Assembly (NCBI GenBank): GCA_040954595.2
Contig: CM082580.2
Span: 6,393,519 to 6,457,518, forward strand
DNA: 64,000 nt
Direction of reading: 5' to 3'
From: Balanoglossus misakiensis
Taxonomy: Eukaryota > Animalia > Hemichordata
Each line of letters opens with the position of its first letter. The stretch's first letter is position 1. Below are positions 1 to 13,349 of the stretch, one piece after another. The position numbers were made by a program, and so were the translations under genes. The notes under the pieces are model-generated. The model did not search any database. It was not told where the DNA came from and saw only the letters and a list, made by a program, of their open reading frames with translations.

Positions 1-38
1 GTCGCTCATAAAAAAAGTGTAGATTCGTAACAACTGAC

Positions 39-3000
39 CTGGACATGTTGCTCGACACTGTTCATATTCAGCAAATCGGTTAGCGTTTCCGCCGCATCCA
101 CCATAAGCCTGCACTTCGCAAGACTGGCTCTCTGAATTGTACGTCCACACGGCGATGTACTGATGACACGTCCCTTTGTCGAATGGCAAGTAGCAGACAG
201 GGTCCATGGATCCCGTGGGCTGGCTTGCGCCCTCATCGGGGCGGACCGTGGTCACCACTTCTTCTGTCGTGCTCGCTTCTGTCACTGGGCGATCTGTTGG
301 TGAAAATTGAGATTAATTTAGCACCAGCTTTGAATGAAAGCATTGCTCTCTATCCACCAACTTTTACCCCTGGCTATAGAATTATCAACTTCTTTAAAAA
401 TCCGTTTAATCAGCCTCTATACAAAGTTGAGTAACAATCGCCAAGAGATGACAAGCTGATGCAGATACATGTGATATGGTTCAATAGTGAGGATTTTAAA
501 AATATAGGGAGAAGATTTGAAGTATTTTATTGTAGGTAAAAAAAATGTGTGTTTGTTGGTCTTTAAACGGTAATTTGAGAATGCCATTGCATCGGTACTG
601 TTTTCACATCCATTGAAATGACAGAATTTCACATTAAATACACCCCATGGCATCAACCTATGGCCATATACATGTACTACTTTGCCCTGATGTTGTGACA
701 CTTCCGGTTCCGGTTTGAGCTTACCTATGACATTCAGAGCGTAGACTGCAGCCAGACTTCCCGCGGCGTTGGCGGCTATGCATAGATAATTACCAGTCAT
801 TTCTTTCTGTGCACTCGGGAAATGTAAGATACCCTTCTCGGAAACTGTTAAAAATAAAATAAAACGAATACTGCTCAACGTCTCCAAGGAAACCGGCAAT
901 TTACTTGAGCAGACGACACCTGAGGCGCCTGTTGGCGCGTGTCCATTTCCATCAAGCCGCTCTCTCCCCAGTTGGCCAGTAAAGAAATTAGGCCTTTTTA
1001 AAATTTACGCTTTAGCCCTTAGGGAGGTTAATAATTTACATCTTTGACGAAAAAGATATCGCTATCTTCGTAACATTTTAAACAGAAACTCAAAGAATAG
1101 ACTGGGGGTGTTTTCACCAAGTTTCAAACGAAGATGTCGGGTGTAGGCCTACTCCCTTGCTGTATAGGACAGGAATGCGTTAAATTTGAAATGTATAGTT
1201 GATCTCCCCTTCTAAAATTAGCGAGAAGAGTCGAGAAATATAGAAGAGTAAACAGTATACTTGTCTCTAAAAGATCGCCATACGATATTTGACTTGTCAA
1301 ACAGACATGCTAAAATTGTGCAATTCATTGGTCAGGAAGGATTTACAAAATGGCCGTCAAATACCATTGCCTACTGACCCCTCACATTTCACGCAGGTAC
1401 CCCGAGTCGAAGTTTGCACCTTGTGCAAAATGATTATACTTGACGCGTCCCCAACTTACCGAATATCGTTCCATACGTCTGCCCGGGATACATGACCAGT
1501 TCGTCCTTCTTCCAAAATATGACGGGTTCGGGGTTGGCCTTGACATTGCACTCTATGTTGGCTGCATCACCCTCATAGGCCACCACCTCCCCCGGTGGGG
1601 AAACCAGAACTGGCACCCCTGTGTAGCAAGAGCATAACAGGACCCATCTTATATTTTGGAGACATAGGCCTTGCAAGGAGGACAATTATGTCTCCAACGT
1701 GTGAGAGACATATTTTTGAGGGGCACTGGTTCACCCTTGGCTCATTGCTATGGGGTGCCGACATGTTAACAGGTGTGTGAATAATCCTATCTCCCGTCTG
1801 GATGAGACGTTGCATATATATTTGGGCTGTTAAATATGCAATACATAGTGCACCGTTTTCTATATAGAATTACACTTCACACTAACGTTAAAGATACCAC
1901 AGGGATTTTACATTCAATGAAACGCTAGGCTTCTTATCCCATTTCCAAACTAACGCCCAAGACGGGCGCATCACCAGACAATATTTGGCACGGCCATGAA
2001 CGCTTGGCCCGGTTGATCAGCGTAAACCTGTTTGTAAATCCATCTAACGTCACACCTTGGAATAACCCACATAATCTATGGAATTAATTTATGTGACTCG
2101 GGTAAAAAAAAAACGACAACAGCTGGCGGCGTGTGTTCTAGTGGGACATCTTCCCTGATCGCGTCTGAATAGACTTTGAAATAAATCTGCGCGTTATTAC
2201 TGACGGGTGCGACCATCTGCGCGTTTCACGATTGGCCAACGGACGCGTACATCACCGGCGAAATTAATTCATGCATATTTCAGTACAATGCTACCGGATG
2301 AACAGTTCTATAAGCGCTAACTTTAGTAAATGTTTTCTGTCAGTTCACAAGCCAAACATCAAACCACAACATCGTAGAACGCTTTGAATTAAATTATTCT
2401 TCCAGTTCGGTCTTTCCACTCTCACATGATAAATTTGTAATGTTGTCATAAGATCAAAAGTCGACCATTAAAAGGCACTGTTATCATGAAGATACCATTT
2501 GATTGTTCAATCCTGCACAAATTTGGACTTTTATGGGTTTACCGCATAACTACAGTGCAAGTTAGTGTAATGTTAGGCAACAATATTCCATCATTTCAAG
2601 CTCTTTGAATTCGACCGGGGGCCAGTGGATCTATGAGCTAAGTCATGACTCTACGCTGGCCTCCGAGAACGTACACCGGCGGTCAAAGGTGATACATGCG
2701 TTGATTCTCCAAGGACGGTACGATAAATCGCGCAGTCTTGTTTTTTAATGCCGTGTTTTAGGAGAAATTACTTTGCAACCGTCACACCTGAGACAGCTCA
2801 CGTGACGCCGATATACACCATGGTAACGGTCACTCGGTGAATGCGCTCCATCTTCAGAGAGACGGACGCGCGTGAGGCAGACACTCGACGCCATAATGCA
2901 CAACGCAAGGAAGCATGCGGTTTTAAAAATGAATTGCAATCAGAATCGGTATTCTTGTGTCTTACATCATGATCGAGATGTATTCACCCGGACGTTCTGC

Positions 3001-6000
3001 GTCGCTTAGTGACGCAGACTGAAACACTCTCCACATAACCACTGACCTTTATTTAGTTCGGTAAAATAAAACCGATTTATGTTCAACTCGCTGCAAGTTA
3101 TTGCAAGGAAAAAATGACCTAATAATGGTATTATGTTGGCTAATTTACATATTCATTTGGTAGGCTATTTATCTTGAGCTGCCGGCTTAAATATGATCAA
3201 TGCAGTGACCAGTTGTTAAAGATGAACCCACGCCCTGTACACGAACAATGAATACTTTAATTAATTTAATTTTGTGGTCAATACCTAAAGCTGTCTCGTG
3301 ATAGTACTCACATGTTTACGTCAATGTACAGGGTGTTAGTTAGGCTTAAAAGATGACAACCTGTATTTCAATATCAAGACCATCGAAAGGGAGTATTGGA
3401 TGATTGTACATGTTACAATTTTTCGAGCACATAAAACATAAATACAGAGTATATGTTAGATTGATCCAATACTCTTGATTAGACAGAACTTCTTACCTGG
3501 TGTATCGTCATCGTCACCATCACTACTATCATCGGCATCGTCATCATCGCCCTCTTCTTTCTCCTCGTCGCTCGGCAACCCAGTATCACCACCGTCGTCT
3601 TCAATGACATCGGAGGTATTAACTAGCGGGGCGTCGGTGGAGAGCAATTCTGTCGCGTCTTCGTCGGTGACTGGCCGCGCGTAGGTATAGTCGGAATCCT
3701 CTTCCATGTCCCAATCGTCATCGTCGTCTTCACTATCTTCGTCAATGACGTCATCTTCTTCACCGACGCCGGGCAGCGGCCATATTTGTTCGTCAATCGA
3801 GTCCGTCGATAGAGGCGCTTCCGTTGCCGGCGTGTCTGTCGACGGGGAAAATATGAGACATTTGTGAGAAAATTGACACACAAATTTGTTCGAAACTTTG
3901 TGTTCACAGATATATCATCTGGTGGGACTTTGACAGTTTTATTCTAAAATCGCGAAAGGCAGTTAAAGATTTTCCCTTGCTGAAAAATATCTCAACACTG
4001 GGTGGCTCTCTCGGTGATGGTAGTTGTGGATAAACAAACGGGATGTGGTATTTATTTTTTACACACCTGCAAACGATTGAACAACAACAGTGACGCAAGT
4101 AGCGCTCCGGTTTGCTCAGTTTAAGGGTATAAAGATAAACTATCGCGCATTAAAATGCGAGAGAGTGATCTTAAAACCGATCAAAATGAGAAAAGGGGAA
4201 GTACGGTGGTGTGATAACGGTTGGTGTAATTAGGTAAAGACATCACGTAGCTTCATTTTATTACAGAAAAGGGTATGTGTGTCAGTTACAGTTATTGTAC
4301 TTTCAGGCGCCGTAGAATTGTCGTCACGTTGTGCGCATTTTGTACAAAATGGTTGTGATGACGTGGTAGTGTTAACCAGTAAAATGAACGGGCGGAATAG
4401 CAGGTATCACTAGCTGCTCACGCAAAACAAACATTATCCCAAATAACGTTAAACATTAAATCAAAACTTGGGACATTCAGTGTCACACTTAGATGTGTTT
4501 ATGTTCGTCAATCCCTTTTAGCGGCAGTGGATTATAATATGGAAGGTCAGCCTGCGGTGGCCAAGCTGACACACCGGGCGATTAGCGGTGCAAACATTTG
4601 TCGAATATTGCAATGTTGGAGAAACGGAATAATATTTGAAATAGGGATTATAGAGTCGTTCACTCAGTATAGAAGAGCAGTTGTAACGACTTGTTTTATT
4701 TTTATTTTATCGCTGTCGTTTCGTTTGAGTCTGACTCTTGACTTAAATAAGTAAGGGACTGTCCAGAATTTACTTCCAGGGGGGGGGGCTGGAGGATTTT
4801 CAGGGGGGGCCACCCATTTTCCCCAAGACAAATTAGGGGGGGTCAGACATAAAAATCACAATCCTTTAGGGGGGCCATGTAAAAAACCCTCACAAACTCA
4901 ATATTTGCCCAGAAGTACTGATTTATAAGAAACAAACCAGCATGGCTACCGGGATGACAGATGAACTCCGCAAGTGCATTAAATCTTCATAAGCTTGAAT
5001 TTCCGGTAATTTTTACGGTGGGTTATTTTGTATATCTACTACAGTTTCTTGTTCTACTCTGTGAAGCATAATAAAATGCCCAGTATTTGGCCTGCCAGCA
5101 CAGACCATATATGTTCAGTGAACAGTCAGTGTTGTTACTGTTGACGAGCTCAATTCAAGTCCAGACTAGAATTCGTTAATTTTCTCATCAATCATTCATA
5201 TATGTATATAAAAAGTTAATTTGCTTTTGGGTTCATTAAAATGCAGCTTTGAGCTCTGTATTTTATAAAATTTTCTTACAGGGGAGGGGGACACCCCCTC
5301 CCAAACCCACCCCCTTCACTTCTCGGTTTACAATTATATCTGCCAACACAGAATACAAATACTTAACAAATATAAACAATGTTCAGTTTTAATATCCACT
5401 GATGAGGAAAAACATCAGTTTCAAATTCTTTTCATGGGAGCGCTGTTTTTCTTTTTTTACAAGATAGATAGGTGATGTGTTTTGCTGTGTGAAAGAAAAT
5501 GGGGGGGGGGGGTGGGATTTCAAAATTTTAAGCTGTTCGGAAGGGGGGGATTGAAAATATTTCGGGTTGTGTACGGGGGTCATGTGAAAATTAACGGTAA
5601 AAAAAATTTAATTCTCCCCCCCCCCTTCCAGAGGTGTTTGTAAATGCAGCCTTATCAGACTGTATGTGTCGTAGTCTGTACCAGTAAGCATGCATGTATA
5701 TATTGGGGGGGGGGGGGGTCATGGAAAAAAACCAGGAAATTTACGGGGGGGCCACAGATTTCCTCCACAATTTACAAGGGGGGGCCATGGAAAAAAATCA
5801 CCAGGAAAATAAGAAATCCTCCAGCCCCACCCTGGAAGTAAATTCTGGACAGTCCCTAATTATCTTGCGACAGGCGGATGATGTATGCAGATTATTTCTC
5901 AGTATTGATTAAACCATCAAAAAGGTCGATGGATTCACTGCGGAGAACGGATTTTGGATTTTGTTGAAATCAATGAATTTTTAAAAGTGGGATCTTCGCA

Positions 6001-9000
6001 ATAGCTCTTGTCGCGTGTCCCATTTCACCTGCATGCGAGACATCACAGTGATCATCATGAAAATCTAGGGATTAAGAAACAAACGCGCTCATATTTACTG
6101 ATGTAGGCCGATGAAATTCAAGATGGCCGCCAAAACGTGTTTAGTGTCTAAATAGTGACAAAAATGACCTCTATGTATCCTGTAAATAAGATGCTGAATA
6201 CGTAATTTTCCGGCTAGTTTTCATAATGACTACAACAAATCTTATAGCACCGGAGAAAATCAAATGGTTTTAAAGCCTTCATTGATTTCCGGAATTCTAT
6301 TTTCCCGTCATCCATATTACCGAAAGTGACTCGATTGACCCAGTGCAGCTTGCGTTGTGCGTCGTTTCTTGTATAGACGTAGTCATTGCAGAAATAGATG
6401 GCCCCCTCACTGCCAGGGAAAATATCCACGTACTCCGACTTCAAGAGCAAATTTTCTGAAAAATGGTTGCGTGCCAGATATACATGCTATGATCCTCGCG
6501 GGAACAACGGCCATCGGTTGCTGAAGGTATACTACATGTCAATTAAAGAGAGTATTCAATCTCTCACAAGGCGCGGATCACGAGGTCGCACAGCGCGACA
6601 TTCCCGCGCACTTATAATTGAACTTTCTGAACTACCCCTTGTTTCAGAATAAATTGTCCCCAGTAACGGAAATTGTTGTGTGAGGAAAAAGATCTTCCAG
6701 GCGTCTTTTCTCGATAGTTTCATACAACACTCTTTAAAAGCCTTCAAGTAGCTTTTTATGGATGCCAATACCAAACATTTAACGCCACATTTCGTAGGAA
6801 GTAACGCAGACCGAAGACGAGAGCATTTTCAGACGGAGACAGAAACGTGACTGGATTACGAAATCTGCAGAACTCCTGAGACGTCCCCCGGGGGGAACTG
6901 CCCCCTCACCGACAAAGAGAGCTGCGTGCCACGCATCGCAACTGGTGAACGCACAACCTGAGGGGCGCCGATGTAAATCACGCAACTGAAATTTTGAACT
7001 TTGAACCCGAATTTATCATTCCGTTGCCAAGGATCCATCTTTGCAGTCATGCTCGAACTGAAATATCAATCGTCATTTCGACTGTCTCGGTTAAAATATT
7101 TTTAAATTACCAGATATATGTGCAGTTTACATCACTTCGATGAAATTTATCTATTGCTTGTGGTAAACCACCTGACCAATTAAAATTTATTGACGCGCCA
7201 ACGTGTTTTGAATGATATTTATGTAAATTTACCGAGTAATATGAGGGTTATCATTACATGTATTGCTGAAACCATACTATAAAATAGACTGTTACGAAAT
7301 AAAGAAACGATATCATTAAAATGCCTTAACAACACGCACAGCATAAATTATGATCGCGTGACTTTGCCGCACGCTTCGCTTTTTGACAGAGTGATTTCAG
7401 AGGAATTCATCCTGAAATAAAACGCATGTCAGCGTTCAGATTTTCCAAGTACATTTTTTATGTCTAAATTTGAGGCCTGAGTTTGTATTTTAAATACCCC
7501 CGCCCGCGTTTTTTATAACAACCGGCATTGTGATGCACGACTTACCAGGGTTATCTTGGCCAGGCGCACACGGGACCATGGAGATGGTGAGCTCCAACTC
7601 GCATGCGTGCGCATCCATGTAACACTTGTTGGAGTAGGTGTTGCCGTCATCGCCGCAGACGGGTTGGTAGAGCTCCGGGCACTGCGTGTTGCACAGGCAC
7701 ACGGCGTGAGTCAGCAGCGAGATGCAGCTCTGCCCCTGCTTTGGACACTGGTACCCCAGGCATGGATCTGCAATCGGGGAATAAAATGGTGGAAAATGCG
7801 CGCGCAATTTAATAGGTTGAACGCGTCGGTTGTGTTTGCCTGATTGTGAGCAAATGCCATTCATTTGAGCACATAGTGATTTGAGCTTATTCCAGCTTTT
7901 AAGTTAGGCAAGTCGAACAGCAGTATAAACGATATCTCTGCTCACCGACTATTCAGCCTTTTTCTGTAGCCGGTGAGAGCATAAGATAAAGACCACTTAG
8001 GGGAGAACCATTTGATTTCTTGGGGTGGAAAAATGTTGGCAGATGGTGCAGACCGAAAACAATCTTCTGCAATGCCTTATGGTAAAATATTGACTGTGTA
8101 ACAGTAGCTGAAAAACATTCTGACATAAGCAAATCCTTCACCCCTCCCAGAAATCAAATGGCCCCCCCCCCCGCCCTCCCCCATGAAATCTGTGTCCAGG
8201 AAGAGGTCAACAAATGGCAAGGATGTTCTGTTAACATATTAGCACAACTCATCATTCGATTCCTGGTTGATCAAAATAAATACATTAGCGAATAACAAAA
8301 GTTAATTCGCGAAATCAAATCACCCGTTGATCTTCGGCTAATAGCCTTTATTTGGCTAACGGCTATTAGTCAAAGATCGCTCGGGGCAATTCCGTTTCAC
8401 TAATTAATTTTGGGTCGTCAATAATGAGATTGTTTTGATCAGTGCTATCGCCTATTAGTAGAAAATTTCATTTGCTCGATTCTTAGACACTGTGACGACA
8501 TGTACTAGTAGTGCGAAGACGTTCGGCATATTCTATAGAATAAACGACAGAGCTACAAAACAACCTGGAGGGAAAATAGTATTATTTACCACGGTTTAAA
8601 TACTTGACATTTAATGCACTCCTTGGGGAAAACGTCGACTGAGACGAAAGGCCTGAGGGTGTGTCCCCTGAACGAGTATCGGTGAAAAGCATCGGAACGC
8701 TTCGCAACATCGAAATCAAATATTTCATCCTTGGGGAAATGACTTCGATCAACTTGTTATCCGCGCGGGGTTTGCCTTTATTGCTCCGAACTGTAATATG
8801 TCTTTTATTATTTTCTCTCTCTCCAAACAGCAATTAAGACGGGGTCGGAGAGGAATGCACGCGCGTGCAATTACAGAAATCGATCGGGTGCAGACTAATG
8901 GAGAACGTCTAGGTAGTCATGTGTATCGTCGCAAGTAAATCGATACTGACCGTCACCGATCTCGGTCAGAAACGCCAATCTTAAGCCTTCATCTCAACAC

Positions 9001-12000
9001 AGATCGCGCGATATATAATTTAGAGGTACATGTTCTTATTTCAACAGATCGCAAACAAGAAATACCAAGAAACCATCCGATCCAAAGCCGGAAATACGGT
9101 TTCTTTCTTGGAAATTGACTAGGTATGATTAAGCGACGAAAGCAAACCACGGCGGCAATTTTGGACAGAAATTGAGGAAGGTTTCGTGAATAGAAATCTT
9201 AACCGATTGATTTCTCCTGTGTACATGATTATAACAGAGAGTGAGCAATCACAATTACTCCACTCAATGACGCCAGAGTAAGCTAATGCTTGGAATATTT
9301 CATGAACTGGCCCCGTAATCAGGTAAAATTCGTGGAAAGTTAGTAATATTACCATTTTCCAAGATTAGGGACATACATTTCTCTGCATTATCTTCGGGTT
9401 TCTCTTTTGAAATATCCACTTTCGTGAATTGTGCACGTGGGCAATATTTATGATGTCTTTGTCGTCTGCTCATAAAACATGCCTATCCTGCAATGGCAGC
9501 ACCTGTGCTATCTAAATCTCATACTCTCTGCATATTCCAGGTATCGTATGACTTCTGAACTTTGTTCACAGCTCAACAAACATCCACTCACGCCCACACA
9601 ATGCTCACAACAACAAAACAACGTAAGACGACGACTCATACCTTGCTGGGGGCTGACACAGGATGTCCCGCCACAACCGTTCAGACAGCACTTTTTGTCG
9701 TCCTCACAGTCTGAGTCATAGATGCACACGTTGGAGCACTGGCCCATGTCCGCCATGAGCGGACAGTGACCGGCCTTGTATCCGGTCAGCCTCTGGTCCG
9801 TACCTAAAACTGCCATTGAAAAGAAAACGGAGAATGGTGAATATTTATGCTTAATGGACGGACGCATTTGTGCACATTCTAAGCTGCATACCTTATATCA
9901 GGACACGACATCTCAATAAGTGCTGATTTGTCGCTTTTGTTGCTAACGAAACTCGATGCCTTCCTCCCAATCCCAAATATGCTGCACTTTTTGGAGTGTT
10001 GTTGAGTGCACAAATCATTTAAATTTAAAACGCATTTTTCATTATAGAGTAGCCTATAACTAATGTGACGAGCTCTGTAAGTTAGCTGAAGGTTTCTTTG
10101 TCAACGGCTTATTTGTGTCAGGTGTGTGTGTGTGTGTTTGGGGGGGGGGTGATTTCTCAAGCTATTCTTTTGTACATATTTCCACGAATTGTGCTCCCGA
10201 TTGCAAAACTTCTGCGTGTGTCGATAATATTTAATTTACTGATAATATTTATAGCAGACAGATTAAAACGAGATGCAGCTTGTAATGAGTATCGTGTATG
10301 TTCAACCCAATAACTTTGACTCAAAGATCCGTATGTTTTCGTCAAATCGCCCGGTGACAATCAAATCGAGATGAAACTGCGTAATGTTTTACTCATTCGA
10401 CGACATTAATGCACAAGCCGGCATCTCTTTTCCCCCAGACTGGCTGGAACTAGATTTGATTCCTCAGTTTGTTATGCGATGCGGGCTGTCGCGGTGAAGC
10501 CCCGGCAAGATCCAACCAAATGAGCTCTTTTGGCGTGCAAGAAACCTATGATCGATGATGGAAAAGTGCTGTTATTAAGGACCTGGAAGGAGATTCTTGC
10601 TTTAAACCGGCTTGCATAAGGAGCCTACTGGAACCAGACAGGTCGGCCGCGTGCTCCACATTAGACTATAGTCTAGCACTGCATGACAGCAGTAGGAAAT
10701 TTATGCGTTTAGCGGCGCCTCGCTGTAGTCAGTGTCTCTACTCAATTTTCCAAATAATTTGAACTAAGAGAGTACAGAACCCTACGATACGAATAGGAAG
10801 AGCAATTTGGAACAGATTTGCCGCGTTTAATGAAGCGGGGATAAAGCTTTATCTTTAAACTGGGGAAAGTAATAGATTTGTGTTCACAGGCGACCTTCTC
10901 AAGGTGTGAACTATGAAATTACACCCATATTTGAATTCGCTAGCGGCGGTTGGCTTCCGTGCTGTCAAAGCCTTTCGGGGGGGGGGGGGGGGTGAGGGGG
11001 GGGGGGGCTCACGGTGCCTCCATCTTATTTTGTTTAGTAGGTCGTAAATAGTAAGAAGCTGACGGCAAAACTAACATGACGGATGGAAATTATATAACCA
11101 TTTCCCGCGATCTCTGCCTGTTGGACACGTGATTGGAATTACAGATCGGGCAGCTTCCTGCAAGGGAGTTGGTCGATCGATAAAAAAATTAAGCAAACAC
11201 GTCATATTGTGCTGTCACATGTAAAATAGGAAGATGCCGGAGATCTACACATTAGTGACGTGATGGGTTTTGTTCGGGGCCCCAGCCAATTATCTAATAT
11301 CTTTATAATTGTCGCAAGTCCATTTCAACGATATTACCGTTTTACGTTGCATAGCACTTTATTACGACAATAGGTAATTGCGATGGTTGAGCAGCTGCAG
11401 CTGGTCGCCATACCGTGAAAATTGAAACACTAAAAATCGACTTCTTATGCGAAGGGATTATTGAAAAACGTCTCGCAGAAATTGACTATTTCAGTCGTGT
11501 AAACCTTGTGTCCCCGTTACGACGACTCAGCGTGTGTGCATATTAATAAAGAAAAGAATCACTCTTCAAACGTTTCCATTCCGCTAAACAATCACATCTT
11601 CAAGGGAATCGTTTGCTCAATATTCGCCTTTGTGCAACATTCAGTGCTGCCAAAACGTGTATTCTGTCACCGATGCATTTAGATGCTAGAGTTTCACGAC
11701 ACCTAGCAATGGTAATCCGCGTGGAATTAATGCAGAATTGATTTATTTCTTTGATAGAAAAAACAATCGGAAGCCATCGGCGCGCGGTTTCCTAAATGTA
11801 AGATATTCATCTATCTGTTTATCATCGTGCATAATTTATAGTATTTTCCGGTATTGTCTTCATCCGTAATCTGTTGAGTAAATACATTGTTGTACTGCAT
11901 CATTTCATTTGCATCTGCGCTTCTTAATATTTAATCCGTTTCACCCCTATTCGCCTGGATAATGATAGAGGCCAATACAGTCAAATCACAAAAAACAAAC

Positions 12001-13349
12001 TGTCGAATACAGTAATAGTAGTTCTGGACGTATAGTTTGACAGACACAAAATAAAAAGTTCGAAGACTTAAATATTCCCATAATTATACAGACTCAAAAT
12101 ACCGGGTGAAATCACAAAGTGTGTGTTGAACAGATTTTTCCCCTTTCTCCCTCGTTTCTATGTACATAGAAACCATGGTGGTGAAAGCGCTACTGTATTA
12201 CACAGGGTGTTGAATGCTTATTCTTTGGGGTGTGTGCAGGCCTGTCTGGGACGAGTGGATGACCAGGCCTCTATTCAGAATATGCAGATTACATTTATGC
12301 GCGGATGAAACTGAGCATATTCTAAGGAAAGGGCGCGACGCGCAGTCCGTCATGGTCACGGGTTTACGTACCGACGAGAAAAACCGAGACGGGCAAATTG
12401 TGATGGAATTGCCGAACCTACTATACTGTTTGACGTCAGCGTGCATTAGGCCGCCGTCTGATGGAAAATACGACCGGAATGCCAGATTGCGCGATTTTAA
12501 AAGGCTAAGTCGATTCGCGTCCAAAGTCGATTCGCGCGATGCTTTTGTATATTGGCTACGTGATGCGGGCTTTGAAACGTACATGCAATCACGATTGATG
12601 ACTAATCGCAGGCTACAGACAAGCCCGTCGTATTGTGATGTCAATTTCTTTCGATTTTATTCGCTGTGAAAAGCAATGGCGTAACGCTCACTATAGGTCC
12701 TTTCACGAGATAATACCGCTTCTCGGTATCTCGTGTCTCAACGTGATGTGATTCAATGCAAATTTATACCAGTTATTCAATCTTCCCACTTAATTACTAT
12801 TTGCCGCGAGTTGCGATACCAGCAATTGTGTACACATCGCTTCTCTTTAAAATGGCAGTCCAGTCTTGTATCTTGTAACGGGTAAACAAAAATCAAAAAT
12901 TGGAGTTTTGAACACCGTCTAGATGCGTTTGTAACACTATAGTCAGCTTGTTCATCACAGCCGTGGAAACGCCATAGTACATGATGGCCATTGAAGTCGG
13001 CATACATATGTATGAATGATGCATGGATAGAGCGTTATTTCTTTAGAAGACTGTGTCATTTTGCGAAAGGCTGACAGAATGCAATGTTTAGTATATACAC
13101 TGCAGAAACGTTACTTCTCCCACCAGTTGTATGGTTCTGAATGAAAATTATGATTGATAGCAAAATTTTAAGACTGGGTTGAATTGTATGAACAGTGAAA
13201 AGTTAATCTTGTCAAAAAATGGCGTTTCGGACTAACGTTTGCTTCGTCCGTGTACATTTTATCTTCGGAAAAAACTTACCTGGCGTTGAATAGACTTGAT
13301 GGCAAACAAAAGCCAAGAGATAGACACTCCATTTTGACGCCTGTCGCAT
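39..13349 (-). CDS. WFIKKN: WFIKKN-type multidomain secreted protein (signal, WAP, follistatin/Kazal, acidic linker, Ig, Kunitz); continues past the left window edge
   Basis: Seven exons, all joined by phase-1 GT-AG introns. 13280-13349: signal MRQASKWSVYLLAFVCHQVYSTP. 9642-9803: WAP, KAGHCP..CSNVCIYDSDCEDDKKCCLNGCGGTSCV. 7546-7767: 10-Cys follistatin/Kazal, ..PVCGDDGNTYSNKCYMDAHAC. 3497-3835: D/E-rich linker. 1460-1618 and 725-844: one Ig domain, IECNVKANPEPVIFWKK..TGNYLCIAANAAG. 39-293: Kunitz, CYLPFDKGTC..YGGCGGNANRFAEYEQCRATC. Domain order W-F-I-K is the WFIKKN architecture; a second Kunitz and the NTR domain would lie outside the window. Confidence 0.9.
4755..5856. mobile_element. Non-autonomous TIR DNA transposon (MITE-like) in a WFIKKN intron
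   Basis: ~45-bp terminal inverted repeats: GGGACTGTCCAGAATTTACTTCCAGGG..GGCTGGAGGATTT and AAATCCTCCAGCCCCACCCTGGAAGTAAATTCTGGACAGTCCC. TAA flanks both ends (4752-4754, 5857-5859). Interior has many G-runs and no transposase ORF. A TAA target duplication fits PIF/Harbinger, but the superfamily is not certain. Confidence 0.8.

Noticed and set aside
5909-7328. Possible second DNA transposon (TTAA-bounded) with ORF fragments
   Set aside because: I could not verify matching terminal repeats or a transposase motif by eye.
12198-12669. Overlapping ~150-aa ORFs on both strands in WFIKKN intron 1
   Set aside because: No recognisable motif or convincing splice context.
13280-13332. Alternative WFIKKN start MECLSLGFCLPSSLFNA
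   Set aside because: It ends in phase 2, out of frame with the WAP exon. The ATG at 13349 gives a better signal peptide and phase 1.
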